NCBI GenBank assembly: GCA_002633005.1
Contig: NMRA01000029.1
Coordinates: forward strand, 1-64,000
Length of the DNA stretch: 64,000 bases
From: Phoronis australis
Lineage: Eukaryota; Animalia; Phoronida
Direction of reading: 5' to 3'
This document shows, piece by piece, positions 52,713-64,000 of the stretch. A program made the translations under genes and the position numbers. The first letter of the stretch is position 1; each line of letters opens with the position of its first letter. The notes under the pieces were generated by a model. It saw only the letters and a list, made by a program, of their open reading frames with translations. It did not search any database and had not been told where the DNA came from.

Positions 52713-53446
52713 AGATCAGTCTAGACTCATAAAACAAAAGTAGCGTAATACAGGCCCAAATTGTCACGCTCAGAAATTGCTCACAATGTGAGCAAACTGT
52801 GACAACTTGGCCATGGAGCGCTTACCCAAGATGTCATAATTTTGAAGTTGTAACAATTAGGGACGTAGCGACTATTTGGCCTTACACAAGGCGTCCTGTT
52901 TGTCGTCTTACGAGCCATTTAAGGGAGAGTATCGTTTTTACACCCGAAAAGCACGTTTTAGGGGTAACTATTGGATGAGATCAGTTCTCTTGAAGCTGGT
53001 TGCTTTGACCAAAGCTATAAAACAACAAAATATGTTATGTTTTTGGTGATTTTGTTACAACTTGCTGTTTCTCACCGCTATCTGACAGGCATTTGTTGAC
53101 ACGGTCGGTGACTTTACCAATTAAGTACATCTAACCTTAAAATAATGTGCCATTTATTCAGTGATGTTGGGCCCCAGATTAGTGTAACTTCAGGACATGT
53201 GGTTAGGTTCCGCGGGGATTCCCGGTTCAAATTCGCGCTGAAGCTGATCTCAGAAAATCACCTTTTTCGCCGAAAGTGCAACCCTTAGCATTCTGGGCAA
53301 CCACGTGCGATTACCATGGGCAGACAGTCTATTCACTCATCACATTATGCTGCAGTCTTCTTATGGTAAGAAGGTTGATCTGTCGTATACTTTTTTGCGG
53401 AATCAGTTTCGACCACCACGTCCCTTTCTTGTTCTTTGTTGCGAGG

Positions 53447-53965
53447 ACAAGGGAGAATCAACAATTGGTCGGACTTCAGCACCACTTGCCCGGACTTCAG
53501 AACCAGCTGGTTGGACTGCAAAATTCAATAGCCGGTGTTCTGATTTGGTGGCCGGACCTCAAAACAAGATGGCCGGTACCTCAAAACCAGATGGCCTCAC
53601 CCAAAAAACTGGTTGGTCGGACCTAAAACGGGTTGGCCGGTGCTCGAGCACAATGGCATAACAAATCGCCGATTTTGAACAAAAAAACAAACGGGTACGA
53701 AAAATAAATATTAGATTCATTTGAATCCTTCGAGACATTCACAGCAAGTGAAGTCCGGCCGTCATGTTTGGTCACCGGCCAATTAGTTATAGCACCGGCC
53801 ATCGTATTTTGGGTCCAACCAACTAGTTTTTGGGTGATGCCATGGCGTTTTGAAGTCCGTACAATACGTTTGATCCCCGGTCATTTGATTTTGCTGCCCA
53901 GCCGACTGGTTTTGAAGTCCGAGCAAGTGGTTTTGAAGTCCGACCAATTGTTGATTCCCCCTTGT
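53447..53965. mobile_element. Foldback MITE with ~200 bp TIRs made of ~21 bp subrepeats
   Basis: acaagggagaatcaacaattggtcggacttc... / ...gaagtccgaccaattgttgattcccccttgt. Repeated ggccggac(t/c)tcaaaac units. The ORFs here are by-products of the repeat. Confidence 0.8.
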
Positions 53966-55605
53966 GGGAGCAGTCTCTGTCCGATCGAGTTCGTAAGTCC
54001 CGGGCTGCGACCAACTGTATCAAATTCGTATCGTTAGAAAGCCCGTTATCTGTTGGTGTGCCATGATAACGTACATGTAGGAAGAACAATGAAACAATTT
54101 AATTTTGATGCGAGAGATTTCAAACTGGATAATTTTAACTGTAAACAGATAAACTGAACTTAATTAATTCAATAAGTTATTAAAGTAATTAGTACTATTA
54201 CTCATGTAAGCATGACACGTTTGGCATCAAAGTTGTCTACGTTAAAGTTTTTTATCTGAGAGACGGTGAATTTTTGACACTACCGTCACACCGTGACAGA
54301 AATTTACAGAAATTTATATTTTTGTTGCAGTGTAGATTTTAAAATTACATCTTGTATGTGTTTTCATAATGTATATAATTTGCATGTCTGATTGTATTAT
54401 TAAATTACTTTCTTTCTCCGTGTCTATCCTTATCTCTCTCTTTCTGATTCTGTGAGTCTTCATCTGTCTGAAAATGCAGGAATTACGGATCATGGTAAGG
54501 GTATTACCTAAAAATGGGCATGGATTCCCATCTCTCCGGGTAATGGGAGATACGCCTATTATCGTAGAATGTAATTTGAGACATTTACAGATTTTAAGAA
54601 TATTAACTGTTTAAGGTGAGACTTTATTGAAAATGTTCATTCTTTCTTTACTGACAAAAATTGTCTCTTTTGAAATGAAACTCAAATCAAAAGTTGTTTT
54701 TGATATAAACAGCACGGCTTTAACGCCAATGTGAGCTGATGCACGGGTCTGTTCCGGAGGGTACTTTAGTATTGACGGGGGCGTGCCACTTTTTAGAGAG
54801 ACAGGAGGATTATAGCGAGTGGGGACCCAATTGTTTGCCTGGATCAAGCTTAGCTCAGTATGAACATCTTGCTTCTGAACAGGCCAAAAACATTATATTT
54901 AAAATAGGAAACCTCTCCTGAATAAGTTTTGTTTTAAAATTGCGTCTTTCGCTAGGTTTTCAATGCATAAAGTTAGCCATTCCACCAGAAATCTGGCCGT
55001 GCAAAACCAACCCGTCTGATCGTCACGTCCAGTGTACACTGTGAGAATATTCCCCTCGGGTCTGTTATGCTAATACAATTATTATCAAAGAAGTTGTTTC
55101 ATGCAGGAAATTGCAAGTAATGGGCAAAAGAACCTCTGATTGAATAAATAGCTATTCACTTTAAACTAGCTGGTGTTTTATTTGAACCAATATTCCGTAT
55201 TAAAAAATGCTTGTTGACAGTTACAGCCAGATAGAACTTTTGTAAGGACGAAATATAGTTATCTTTCATTTCAAAAACTTTTGAGGTTGTTAAACCACAC
55301 AACAATGCGAACCTATATCGATGCGCCGTATTCTAATTTGGCTACATTCTAGACGGAATAAGTGTAGTATTGTTTTTAGACCCAAAACTTGTGAACTACA
55401 TTTTGTCGACGCGAAGAGTGACGTGTCTACCCCGGCGCATATCAACCACAACCGAATTAGATGTCGACTACTGCAAAAACCATTGTCGAGAAACTGTACT
55501 ATAAGAGCTTTTGTCCGATAACATCGAGCAAAAGTGGGAACATGACACATCACAATTTTTTTACACGACAAGAGGTTGTCGTTTTTAATAGAAAAATAAG
55601 CCAAA

Positions 55606-55777
55606 CAGTGGCGGATTTGTGGGGGGAGCCAAGGGTACCATGCCCCCACTCCCAAAACTCTCCCTCTCCCTAATTCTATTTGGCAGTTCGGGGGTGCGAA
55701 TGTCTGACGGGCAAAATCTTGGCTAATACTCTGCCCTGCCCCCTTCCCCCCAACTCAAAATCTTGGGTCCGCCCCTG
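55606..55777. mobile_element. hAT-like GC-rich MITE
   Basis: Termini cagtggcggat / gtccgcccctg. Flanks ccaaa / ccaag (near 5 bp TSD; no 8 bp TSD). Confidence 0.55.
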
Positions 55778-57869
55778 CCAAGGCAATTTCAACTAATTAT
55801 CGGGAATTTTGAATCTCCCCACTGTGTCTAGTCAGACGGATAAATAGATGAAATTTATTTTTAATCTAATAGCAAAAAACAAATAATGGCAATATTGAAG
55901 TTTGCTCAACACACAATAAAGTTGCAAGGTGGAAAATTATTTGTTCCCACAATGTCTCATTTTGCCTCATTTATTCATACATAGACCCTTGGTGGGCAGA
56001 CAAAATTTTGACTTCCCAATCTTAAGCCAAAGAGCCAGTCGCCCAGATTAGTACCTAAATACGTGCAGTGCTACAAAGTTTTCAAAATTGCGATTTGGCG
56101 GGGCATGAAGACCACTACGACACGGCTTTTGCTGCAAGGCGGTCCCTCAAATCATGGATTTCCGCCATGCCGCGTAGTTGAAGGCTTAGCAACTTTGTCT
56201 TGTACATAATTCAGTACATGTTCAGAAATGTTTACGCACACGTTATACCGTGTCAGTACGCGTAGCGTCAACGTTCTCCTTCCATGTCACGTGACCATTT
56301 CTACGCGTAGAAAAACGTACCGGTATTCTGCGCGTACAATAAGTACATTTTAACGCGCAGGAAGACACTCATCCTTGAATGGATGCTTTGTCGCTTCATA
56401 GGCACCAGCTTCTGAGTAAGTTCTATTTCGTTTACTTATTTGTTGTTTTCATTAAGATAATAGCCTTCTCTCAATTCACCCCACGCTTTGACGAACTTTG
56501 TGACAAAGAGCTACAAAGAGCTTTATCAAATCAAGAGTACACGCAGGTTATAATGATCATTTTCTGCAAAAGTAATGTGTACTTTTGCAGTAGCAGTGTC
56601 TCTCAATGAGGCTAAATCGGAAACCCTGCAATATTCAAGCTTGATTCCTTCCTAGTCACATTGGGATAATACTCCGAGGATGACATCAGCAATAGACATT
56701 CTTATGGTTAAAAATAGTGGAATGTACATTTCCTTCCCATCACTTTTTCTCTGGTTTCATGCTGCTTGGAACCCGGTGTTCCACAATTCATTGCAAATGT
56801 ATATCCGACAAATCTCCCGTAAAATTGTCAAGGAACGACATATTCATAGCTTGCATCCTCATGACGTGACATCCAGACTCTAAAATATGCTCCTCGCAAG
56901 CGACGTCAGGGGGTTGTAACCTCCATTTAACCTTGCCTCTCGCGCCACAATAACTTGCACTTTGCTGAGTGTATTTTTATGAGGCCGATTGGTTTTTCGT
57001 GTAAAAACATGAAAGCATGAAGTGCACGAGACTAATACTACATCTCTCCGTCTACGGTTAGATTTAGTTCAATAAATTTGATCCGTCCAAGAAGCAAACT
57101 CTTAATTTACATCACTTACCGCTATAAAACTGGGCTCGATTTGTTCCTAACTCAGACGCCGAAATGGGGTTTGGCTTTGCAAAGAATCTCACAGTTCGTT
57201 ATTTGTTGAGACTATGCTCAGCGCACAAATTGACATGTCGCGATAAAGCAACTCGCAGAGCCCGATCTCGGGTCCTTTAATGCCCTGAAACTATTTGCGA
57301 TTTGACTAAGGAACAAATCGAGACCAGTTTCATAATAGTAAGTGGCCTCTTTGAAAGCCATGACAAGACCTCTGGAATGTATAAAAAAATTTTGCGGCAG
57401 CGTGTCTAGACGCAGAAACAATCAATTAATTTCGGTTTGGCTACTAGTAATGGACTAGAAACACCAAAAGACCGAAGCATGATATTAGTCAAACAAATTG
57501 TTGACTTTTATTATTCGGGTTTGGCGTCTTATTCCACGATACAATTTAATCGATAAGTAATCTATTGCAGACACTGACAAGTTGATGGATTATCTCGAGA
57601 CCTCACTTCAACGTAACTCCATGGACGTAAGGGAAAGATTTTTTTCATCCTCGTGTCCATAGTTTCAACAGATGTGGTCTCCGACCTTGTTAGGTCTTGG
57701 AGATTTAGACGATGGTAATAACTCAGGAAAGAGAAGTTTGCCTCCAGGACAAAAAATACCAGCAACAATATTAAGCTGACGACGGATGACGACGAATTTC
57801 GGGCCGATCCGACTACCCCTGTCCCCCCCCTAGTGGCAATTTTAATTTCTACGGTCGCCTCTGTGTCTT

Positions 57870-58725
57870 CGTAATGATCTTGTGTTGATTGGGGACACTA
57901 CAATTGAGCTGTAACGAAAACTTAACGCACTTGGAGGATTTTGTAAAAACCCGCGTCTTACAGTGAATCTAGAAAAACTAATGTCCTCGCTTTCAAGCGT
58001 CACTGGTGGTGCCGTCTGTACACACGAAAATCGTAGTACTTTGGCGATAAATTAATTGAAGCCAAACCGTGTTAAAAATACGTGCATGTGTTAAATTCCC
58101 CTGTCGTCTCAATTGGAGTCAAGCCTGTCAAGTCTGCAAAGTTCTTGCAGTACAAGCTCGAAAAGCATTAAATTTGATAAAAATTTAAATATGGTACCGT
58201 ATACATCCGGGTTTTGAGAGGTATACTGGCAGGGTGACGTAGATTTATTTCTTTCAGAAATTCGTCAGAGCTTACTGAGCACTCTGTTATCAATAATTCG
58301 ACTAAATGTCAACTCTACTGTATTCTCAAAACGGAACTATAGTGTGAAAAATATCTGTACTTATTAGACCCCTTGTTTTAGATGCTCAATGCTCAAGTTT
58401 TACATTGAAACAGGACGGCACGCAGGTCCAAAAGAGGATGAGAGAATTTGTGGAATATGCAGTGCTGGTCAAATTGAAAACAAGATTCATTTTATGTGTC
58501 ACTTCCCAGTCCTAGGTGATGTGCGCAGAAATTTGGTGACGAATATCCCAGATGCTGCCAGAGTAGTTAGATTATTTTGAAGCCATAATCTTTGTGAACT
58601 AAAAAGCCTGGCCGCAGCGCTATATATTTCAAGATCAACAGTGCAAACAGCTGGAATTTTATCACTGTAAAGTTGTAATGTAAATTGTATTATGAGGCCA
58701 AGGCTTACATATAATAAACATTTCT
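57870..58725 (+). mobile_element. 5'-truncated degenerate LINE (RTEX-like), RT end plus C-terminal Cys/His domain
   Basis: DLVLIGDTTIEL*RKLNALGGFCKNPRLTVNLEKTNVLAFK at ~57876-57998; IETGRH...ERICGICSAGQIENKIHFMCHFP (58389-58580); AATAAA near 58713. Confidence 0.8.
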
Positions 58726-59457
58726 GGTTCTAGCTCTGCTGGAACGTCTCTCCGTTAGACGGAGGCAAAAACAACTTTATCGCGTCTGTGAAAGCGCCAA
58801 TTTAAAATTTAGTAATGGACAGTCATGACAAAATCGTACTTCTGAGACGCACGTGTCTCCCGCTGAGGGACCAGGCTGACGTCAGCCAAGGCTGATCATA
58901 CCCGACCTTAGTGCGCAAAACTAGGGTCACTCGTCTCGAAAGAAAACTTGGCACTAGATTACGTCACTGTTTGGCCTTCTGCAATCCCAACCATCATGAT
59001 GCGGATTCCGTTGCCGCTGCTGTTGACGAAATCTTAGAATACTCGAATTAGTGAAATTCCCAACATTCTTGACATCTTCCAAATGCTTGATGCCACAAAA
59101 CCTCTAGCGCCTCCTTCAGCCAGAAAACAGAATCACTTCCACGGATTGCTCCAAACACTAGTTTTTGAACTCGCTGTATTTCGAAGCTTTTCCGGGCTTC
59201 TTGGATCCCGATGATCACGACACCTTTAGTTCTACCAAGACTACCACCCTCGCCGTGACTTACCACAAGACGATGTTATGCCTCAGTGAAGTTGTAGCAC
59301 AGAGCTTCTCTTCTCAATCCACAAGAATCTCCGGATTTCCACATCTTTCCTCTCCCGTCCTCACCTTCCATGTAATGGATGGTACCAAACCGCCCTTGCC
59401 GACGACAAGAGACTGACGACTATGTCCTTAAGCCAGAGACGACTCACTGCTTCTTGT

Positions 59458-59545
59458 CTCGCTGGTTCCCTGCGTGCCGCTAGATGGGGCGGTAGCCGCG
59501 CCAGCACGCGTGCTGGCTGGGCTAAGCACGCAGGGAACCAGCGAG
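59458..59545. mobile_element. 88 bp minimal TIR element with perfect 10 bp TSD
   Basis: ctcgctggttccctgcgtgc ... gcacgcagggaaccagcgag (20 bp perfect TIR), flanked by tgcttcttgt at 59448-59457 and 59546-59555. Ends match the 1780-2359 element in reverse orientation. Confidence 0.88.
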
Positions 59546-60207
59546 TGCTTCTTGTGGGTTTCACTTTCTACCCGATGACACCCGAGTCTCTGGAATCTCG
59601 AGTTTTAAGAGTTTCTCTAAGTTTATAAAGAACCTCATAAAAATGTCAAATCTTGTTTCTTAACTTCGGAACATCATATCTCAGAAATGGCTGTTCGGAT
59701 TCACATACAGCTTTCACATCCTATGTTTTATGCGGTGGTCTCCAACCTCTGTTTGGAATTGTTTTCAAAATCAAGTTTTACAGGCTTTCTGTCCCCAGAA
59801 AATTTAATACTTTTACCGAGTTAAGAGGTCAGTATAGTAGATACACAGACTTGCCGATATGGATCTACATAGCCTTGAGGTATTTAGTTGCAGTATGCTA
59901 CAGCTTCCGGGATTTAAATGGCGTAGAATACGTGCCCAAAACCGCAGCTGATTACTCTAGACCCAAGGCTCCAAACAGAAAACTCGACTTAAAACTCGAT
60001 TTTAACTCGGGTCATCAAAAACAAAAATGAATTAGTTATACGCCTGCATAAACCATAACGTACAACAAGAGCAAAACCAAAGATTCACTATCCGTCGAGT
60101 CGAAACAGTTAAGTAAAATATCAAGAGCACATGCAGGTTCGATTACGAATATTGGATTTCCAACCCAGATTTTTGAGAAGAAAACGAGAGTATAATACAA
60201 AGAAACG

Positions 60208-60213
60208 TTTATT
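60208..60213 (-). promoter_or_regulatory. Candidate polyadenylation signal (AATAAA on - strand) for the right-edge gene
   Basis: tttatt on the + strand at the end of a ~3 kb TE-poor stretch that is T-rich on the - strand and follows the stop at 63239. Confidence 0.4.
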
Positions 60214-63200
60214 TAAACGTGATCGCAAGCAGATGGGTGAGGACTCGCCGTTTTACAGATTCCATTCAGAAAACATCACTGGAGTTCATTCGTACCAAAT
60301 ATAAATCTAAGACGTGATCTTCAATTGCAGGGCTTGCAATAATCAACGACAAAAAAAGAGGAAAATTTTCTAGGTGATGTATCGTTCCACAAATAGACTT
60401 GTGTGATAGAAATATTTTTGTGTCGTACAATTTAACTGAAATAGACGTTTTTGCATGAATAAAGTCAAAATAATGACAAAAAAGTGACGAAAAAGTAGGA
60501 AAATGGAAATCAAATAAGAGAAAATCAAACCAAAAAAGGAAATCCTCTTAAAAGAATTCCAAGCCCTGTAATGAGCAACAAAACAGTTTGTCTTCGTCAA
60601 ATTGTAACTGCCTAAATAAGATTCAGTGAAACTTATAAGCAAGATTGGTTCACCTTTTAAAATGTATGAATTTTAAATGTATATCAAATTCATTCATAAC
60701 ATAGTACAACTCAAACCTACCAACATGTTCACAACGTTCTATAAATGACCAAAAGTCGAGCACTCCAAAACAAAACAAAACTCGAAAACTATATAAAACT
60801 CTATACAAAACGAAACAGGTACAATGTCATAACAAACTATGTACAACCTAAATCAAATAAAACCAAATGCACCAGACTATTTTCGAAATCTCCCCATAAC
60901 ACCATATAGCAAGAGACTTGATGCTTGCATAAACTTTCCCCAAAGCTGAGACAAAATAAATAAACATGTTCAACATGTACATTTAGGTGACACATAATTA
61001 CTTCATCATTCTTCAGAAGGGAGCATGCAATTGCATATACATACATACAAGCGTGTTTTATTCCAGGTAGAAAATGTTGGATATCAGAGACAAATTGACT
61101 CATATAAGATTATTTAAAATTTTTATGAGATCAGGTTTTTGGGTCAATGTGTAGATGTTGTATTCACAAAAGTCATGAGCAGTTCTTTTTATTCCAGTTG
61201 CTACTTTAGACTTAACGACCCAGCCATCAGTATGGGGTAAGACCAACAAGCCATAAGAGGGTGTTTATGCCATAGGTGTCTAAAAAGACACACTCTTGAA
61301 GACAGCTCCCATTGTACGTTTTCCTTGTAGGCATCACATGGGAGTTGGGGTGGATTGCATTCACACAGTGCCACAAGAGCAACTCCCCACCCATATCACA
61401 ATCATGGCAGACTAATGTCACTACCATACACAGCTTTAAAGGAATTGATTTCTTTTAGCACATCACTCCTTCATCTCATTTTGCACACGTAAAATTATTT
61501 GAAAAATCCAATTTCACAGTTCTTAAGACTAATAATCTTAGTCACCACTCCCATGAAGCTAGTTCAGCCCTAACACCAATGGCGTCTGAGTCAACAATGT
61601 CTGTTAACCTCACAAAAAAACATAACAGACATGGTAATTTCACTTACTAGAACTGCTATTCTAAATAATATCCAATACTACCACTTTTTTACTTTCAAAG
61701 GCTGATGACTGGGTGTTGTTTTGCAGCAGCTGTACAATCTCTATCCTTACAGGTGAATTTCGTAACGTAATTCTTGCTGAGAAATTTGACACTATAAAAT
61801 TCTGCATTTCTGACAGATTGTGCACAAAATAGGTGAAGATTTACCTGGAACAAAAAATTGGATGCACCTGAGGTCATGTGATTTGAACTGAGCTTGAGTT
61901 GTTTTGCTTTTCCCACAGCAATATTCAATGTTTTTAACACTACATTTGCTAGACTGTTTAGACAACTATAAAACAACCAGAAACAGGTCAACTAACCTAA
62001 AAACATGTTTTACATGGTTATTAGGCCTGCCTAAATTGACCTAAATTTCAGTGAAATGATTCCACCATAAACTACGCAACAAGGGATTTACAAAGTGCTG
62101 CAAAAACTAGTTCAGTGAACTTTAACAAAATTAATGCATAGCTTAAAAATTTCCCAACAGCCCTATGCAGAGATTCACACTCAAGCTCTGATAATTACTT
62201 CTGTAACATCGTTAACAATATCCCAATAATTAGTAATGACACATACCAACTTATGACATAATTCATTAGTTTTTAGTTATCAGAGGGCTGTCAATCTCCT
62301 CACAAGAGGGCGCTTCAAGACAATGCTCAAATATAGGCCTTTGATCTGCTAACAGCCTTTCACATAACTACAAGGTCCTTTCTTAATTTGCCGTGGTTAA
62401 AGGGTCTATCCTACGCTTCCTAGATCTGATGAGTGTATAAAATGCTAAGATAACAAATGCCCTCAGGTCTTCATGAGCTCAGAAAAATCAGCCATATACA
62501 CTATGTTATTTTTTTGAGAATGAGGATCAAAAACAGGAATAGAATTCAGTTTGAAAACACCATTTAACAAATTGTACAATAAGCTTAGCAAATAACTTGA
62601 AATCAATATCAAATTTCCACACATCAGTTATGTGAGATATTTGTATCAATTTCCTGCAGTGAAATGCTGTTTAGAAACTGATATTTGAAGACTCATAGTT
62701 TACCTGGGAATGAACTCACAGTCACTACTCAACTAGAACTTGATATTTATAAAGTAAACATACGATAGCCTTTGACAAAAAATATATGCGCAAAAGTACC
62801 CAATGCAATATTTGTTATGTGTAAAAAATGGGTATTCCACATGGAAGCCACAGAATTATTTAAAGCTACATTGAGCACTGCTTTAGCAATATGGCAATTA
62901 TGGTAGGACATCCCGTCTCACATTGGTGAATGTCAAAAACTAAGGCAAGACCACACTTGTGGTCGCAATGGGGCACATACATGTTATTTTTGGATTAATA
63001 AAACTTTGTTCATGCTTCAATATCACAGTAAATAGACTAAACAAACTCATTAAACTAAATAAACTTGTATCAAAGAACTGTTTGACGTGACCCAATACAC
63101 GACCCTCACCTATTTGATTTGTCAAATTAAAAAACCAATTGGAGGTCTACATTAATGGATTTATAGTTTCATCAACTTCCATTTTCACAAGTTAATACAA

Positions 63201-63238
63201 ACACAGATGGCGCAGCAACGCCAAGTGCCTGCAAAGAC

Positions 63239-63696
63239 TTACGTCACGTAACTATTGGATACGACAAACATCTTCGGTGCATTAACTCGAGGATTCTTTT
63301 TATTACTTGTAAATCGTTTACTGAGTCGAGGCAAGTGGTGGTTGGAGAAAGCTCCATTAGAAAAATGATGTGACAAACTGTCTGATGTCCTGGTGAGAGT
63401 CCTCTTGTCAAACTCTCGACTATTCACAAGTGCTTGTATCACGCGGCTTCGTGCAAACTGGTTCACTGATTGCCCAGAACTTGAGCCTACAGTGAAACCG
63501 TGCTGTCTCACGTGCGCCGTGATCATGGAGGGGGTTTTCGGCCGCTGCCTCTCTTCTCCCATATCATAGCGAATTCCGTCCTTTCTACATTGACAATTGT
63601 ACATTTCTGTGCTGAGCCGAAGACTGAGTCCACAACCACATTTTGAGCATGAGTTACTCAGCCATGGATTAGTCAACACTATTTGTGTTGTCTTCC
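63239..63696 (-). CDS. Terminal coding exon of an unidentified gene extending beyond the window
   Basis: - strand acceptor ttattcttctttAG|G (AG at 63698-63697), phase 1, ~152 open codons (GKTTQIVLTNPWLSNSCSKCGCG...NAPKMFVVSNSYVT) to TAA. Followed by a long UTR-like region. No domain recognised. Confidence 0.6.
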
Positions 63697-64000
63697 CTAA
63701 AGAAGAATAATGGTGAACATATAAAGATAAGATGACAACTTCCAAATAACAACATTCCAGAAACTAGAAAGATTATTGTCAAGGCGTGACAATAACGGAC
63801 TCTGCGCGTGCGTATTACTGGAATTATTATGGGAAGTTACTGACAGCAACCCGTTTACCAATATGAAAAGGAATTCTTTAAAAATGTAGGAGAAATTACA
63901 TATTAATTTTTTGATGACCTTTCCACTAATTGACCTCTTCCGGTGCATTATGAGCCCCGATGAGGTAGTAATTGTTAACTCGATTAAAAGTGTGGTTAAT

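Noticed and set aside
53195-53245. tRNA-like B-box (ggttcaaattc)
   Set aside because: No cloverleaf or acceptor stem could be built by eye; at most a decayed SINE head.
53276-54089. Several overlapping ~90-120 aa ORFs, with mirrored peptides on both strands
   Set aside because: Produced by the 21 bp subrepeats and long TIRs of a MITE.

Overview
AT-rich eukaryotic (invertebrate, probably marine metazoan) genomic DNA with spliceosomal introns and heavy transposon decay. No prokaryotic operons, CRISPR arrays, rRNA or convincing tRNA genes were seen. Main host gene: a + strand multi-exon BTB/POZ-BACK gene (exons 4970-5433, 10283-11910, 12700-13008, 13926-14451). It probably ends at a phase-compatible Ser/Pro-rich terminal exon at 40701-41592 after a ~26 kb TE-filled intron, giving ~1272 aa with no kelch repeats visible. 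The terminal coding exon and a ~3 kb putative 3'UTR of a second, unidentified gene enter on the - strand at the right edge (63696 down to ~60190). The rest is mobile DNA: an Academ-type deletion derivative, three Kolobok-like derivatives keeping THAP/KolX gene starts (one has ~300 bp TIRs with a THAP start in both arms), an AcademH-like RecQ fragment, an IS3EU-like fragment, a Gypsy integrase remnant with an adjacent LTR-like segment, two degenerate LINE RT remnants, several MITEs (including an 88 bp element with a perfect 10 bp TSD), a 181 bp tandem duplication and a CAT/CAC microsatellite. I found no clear-cut new biological system. The best leads are the kelch-less BTB-BACK architecture and the double-THAP foldback Kolobok. 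Family assignments rest on motifs recognised by eye, not database searches.
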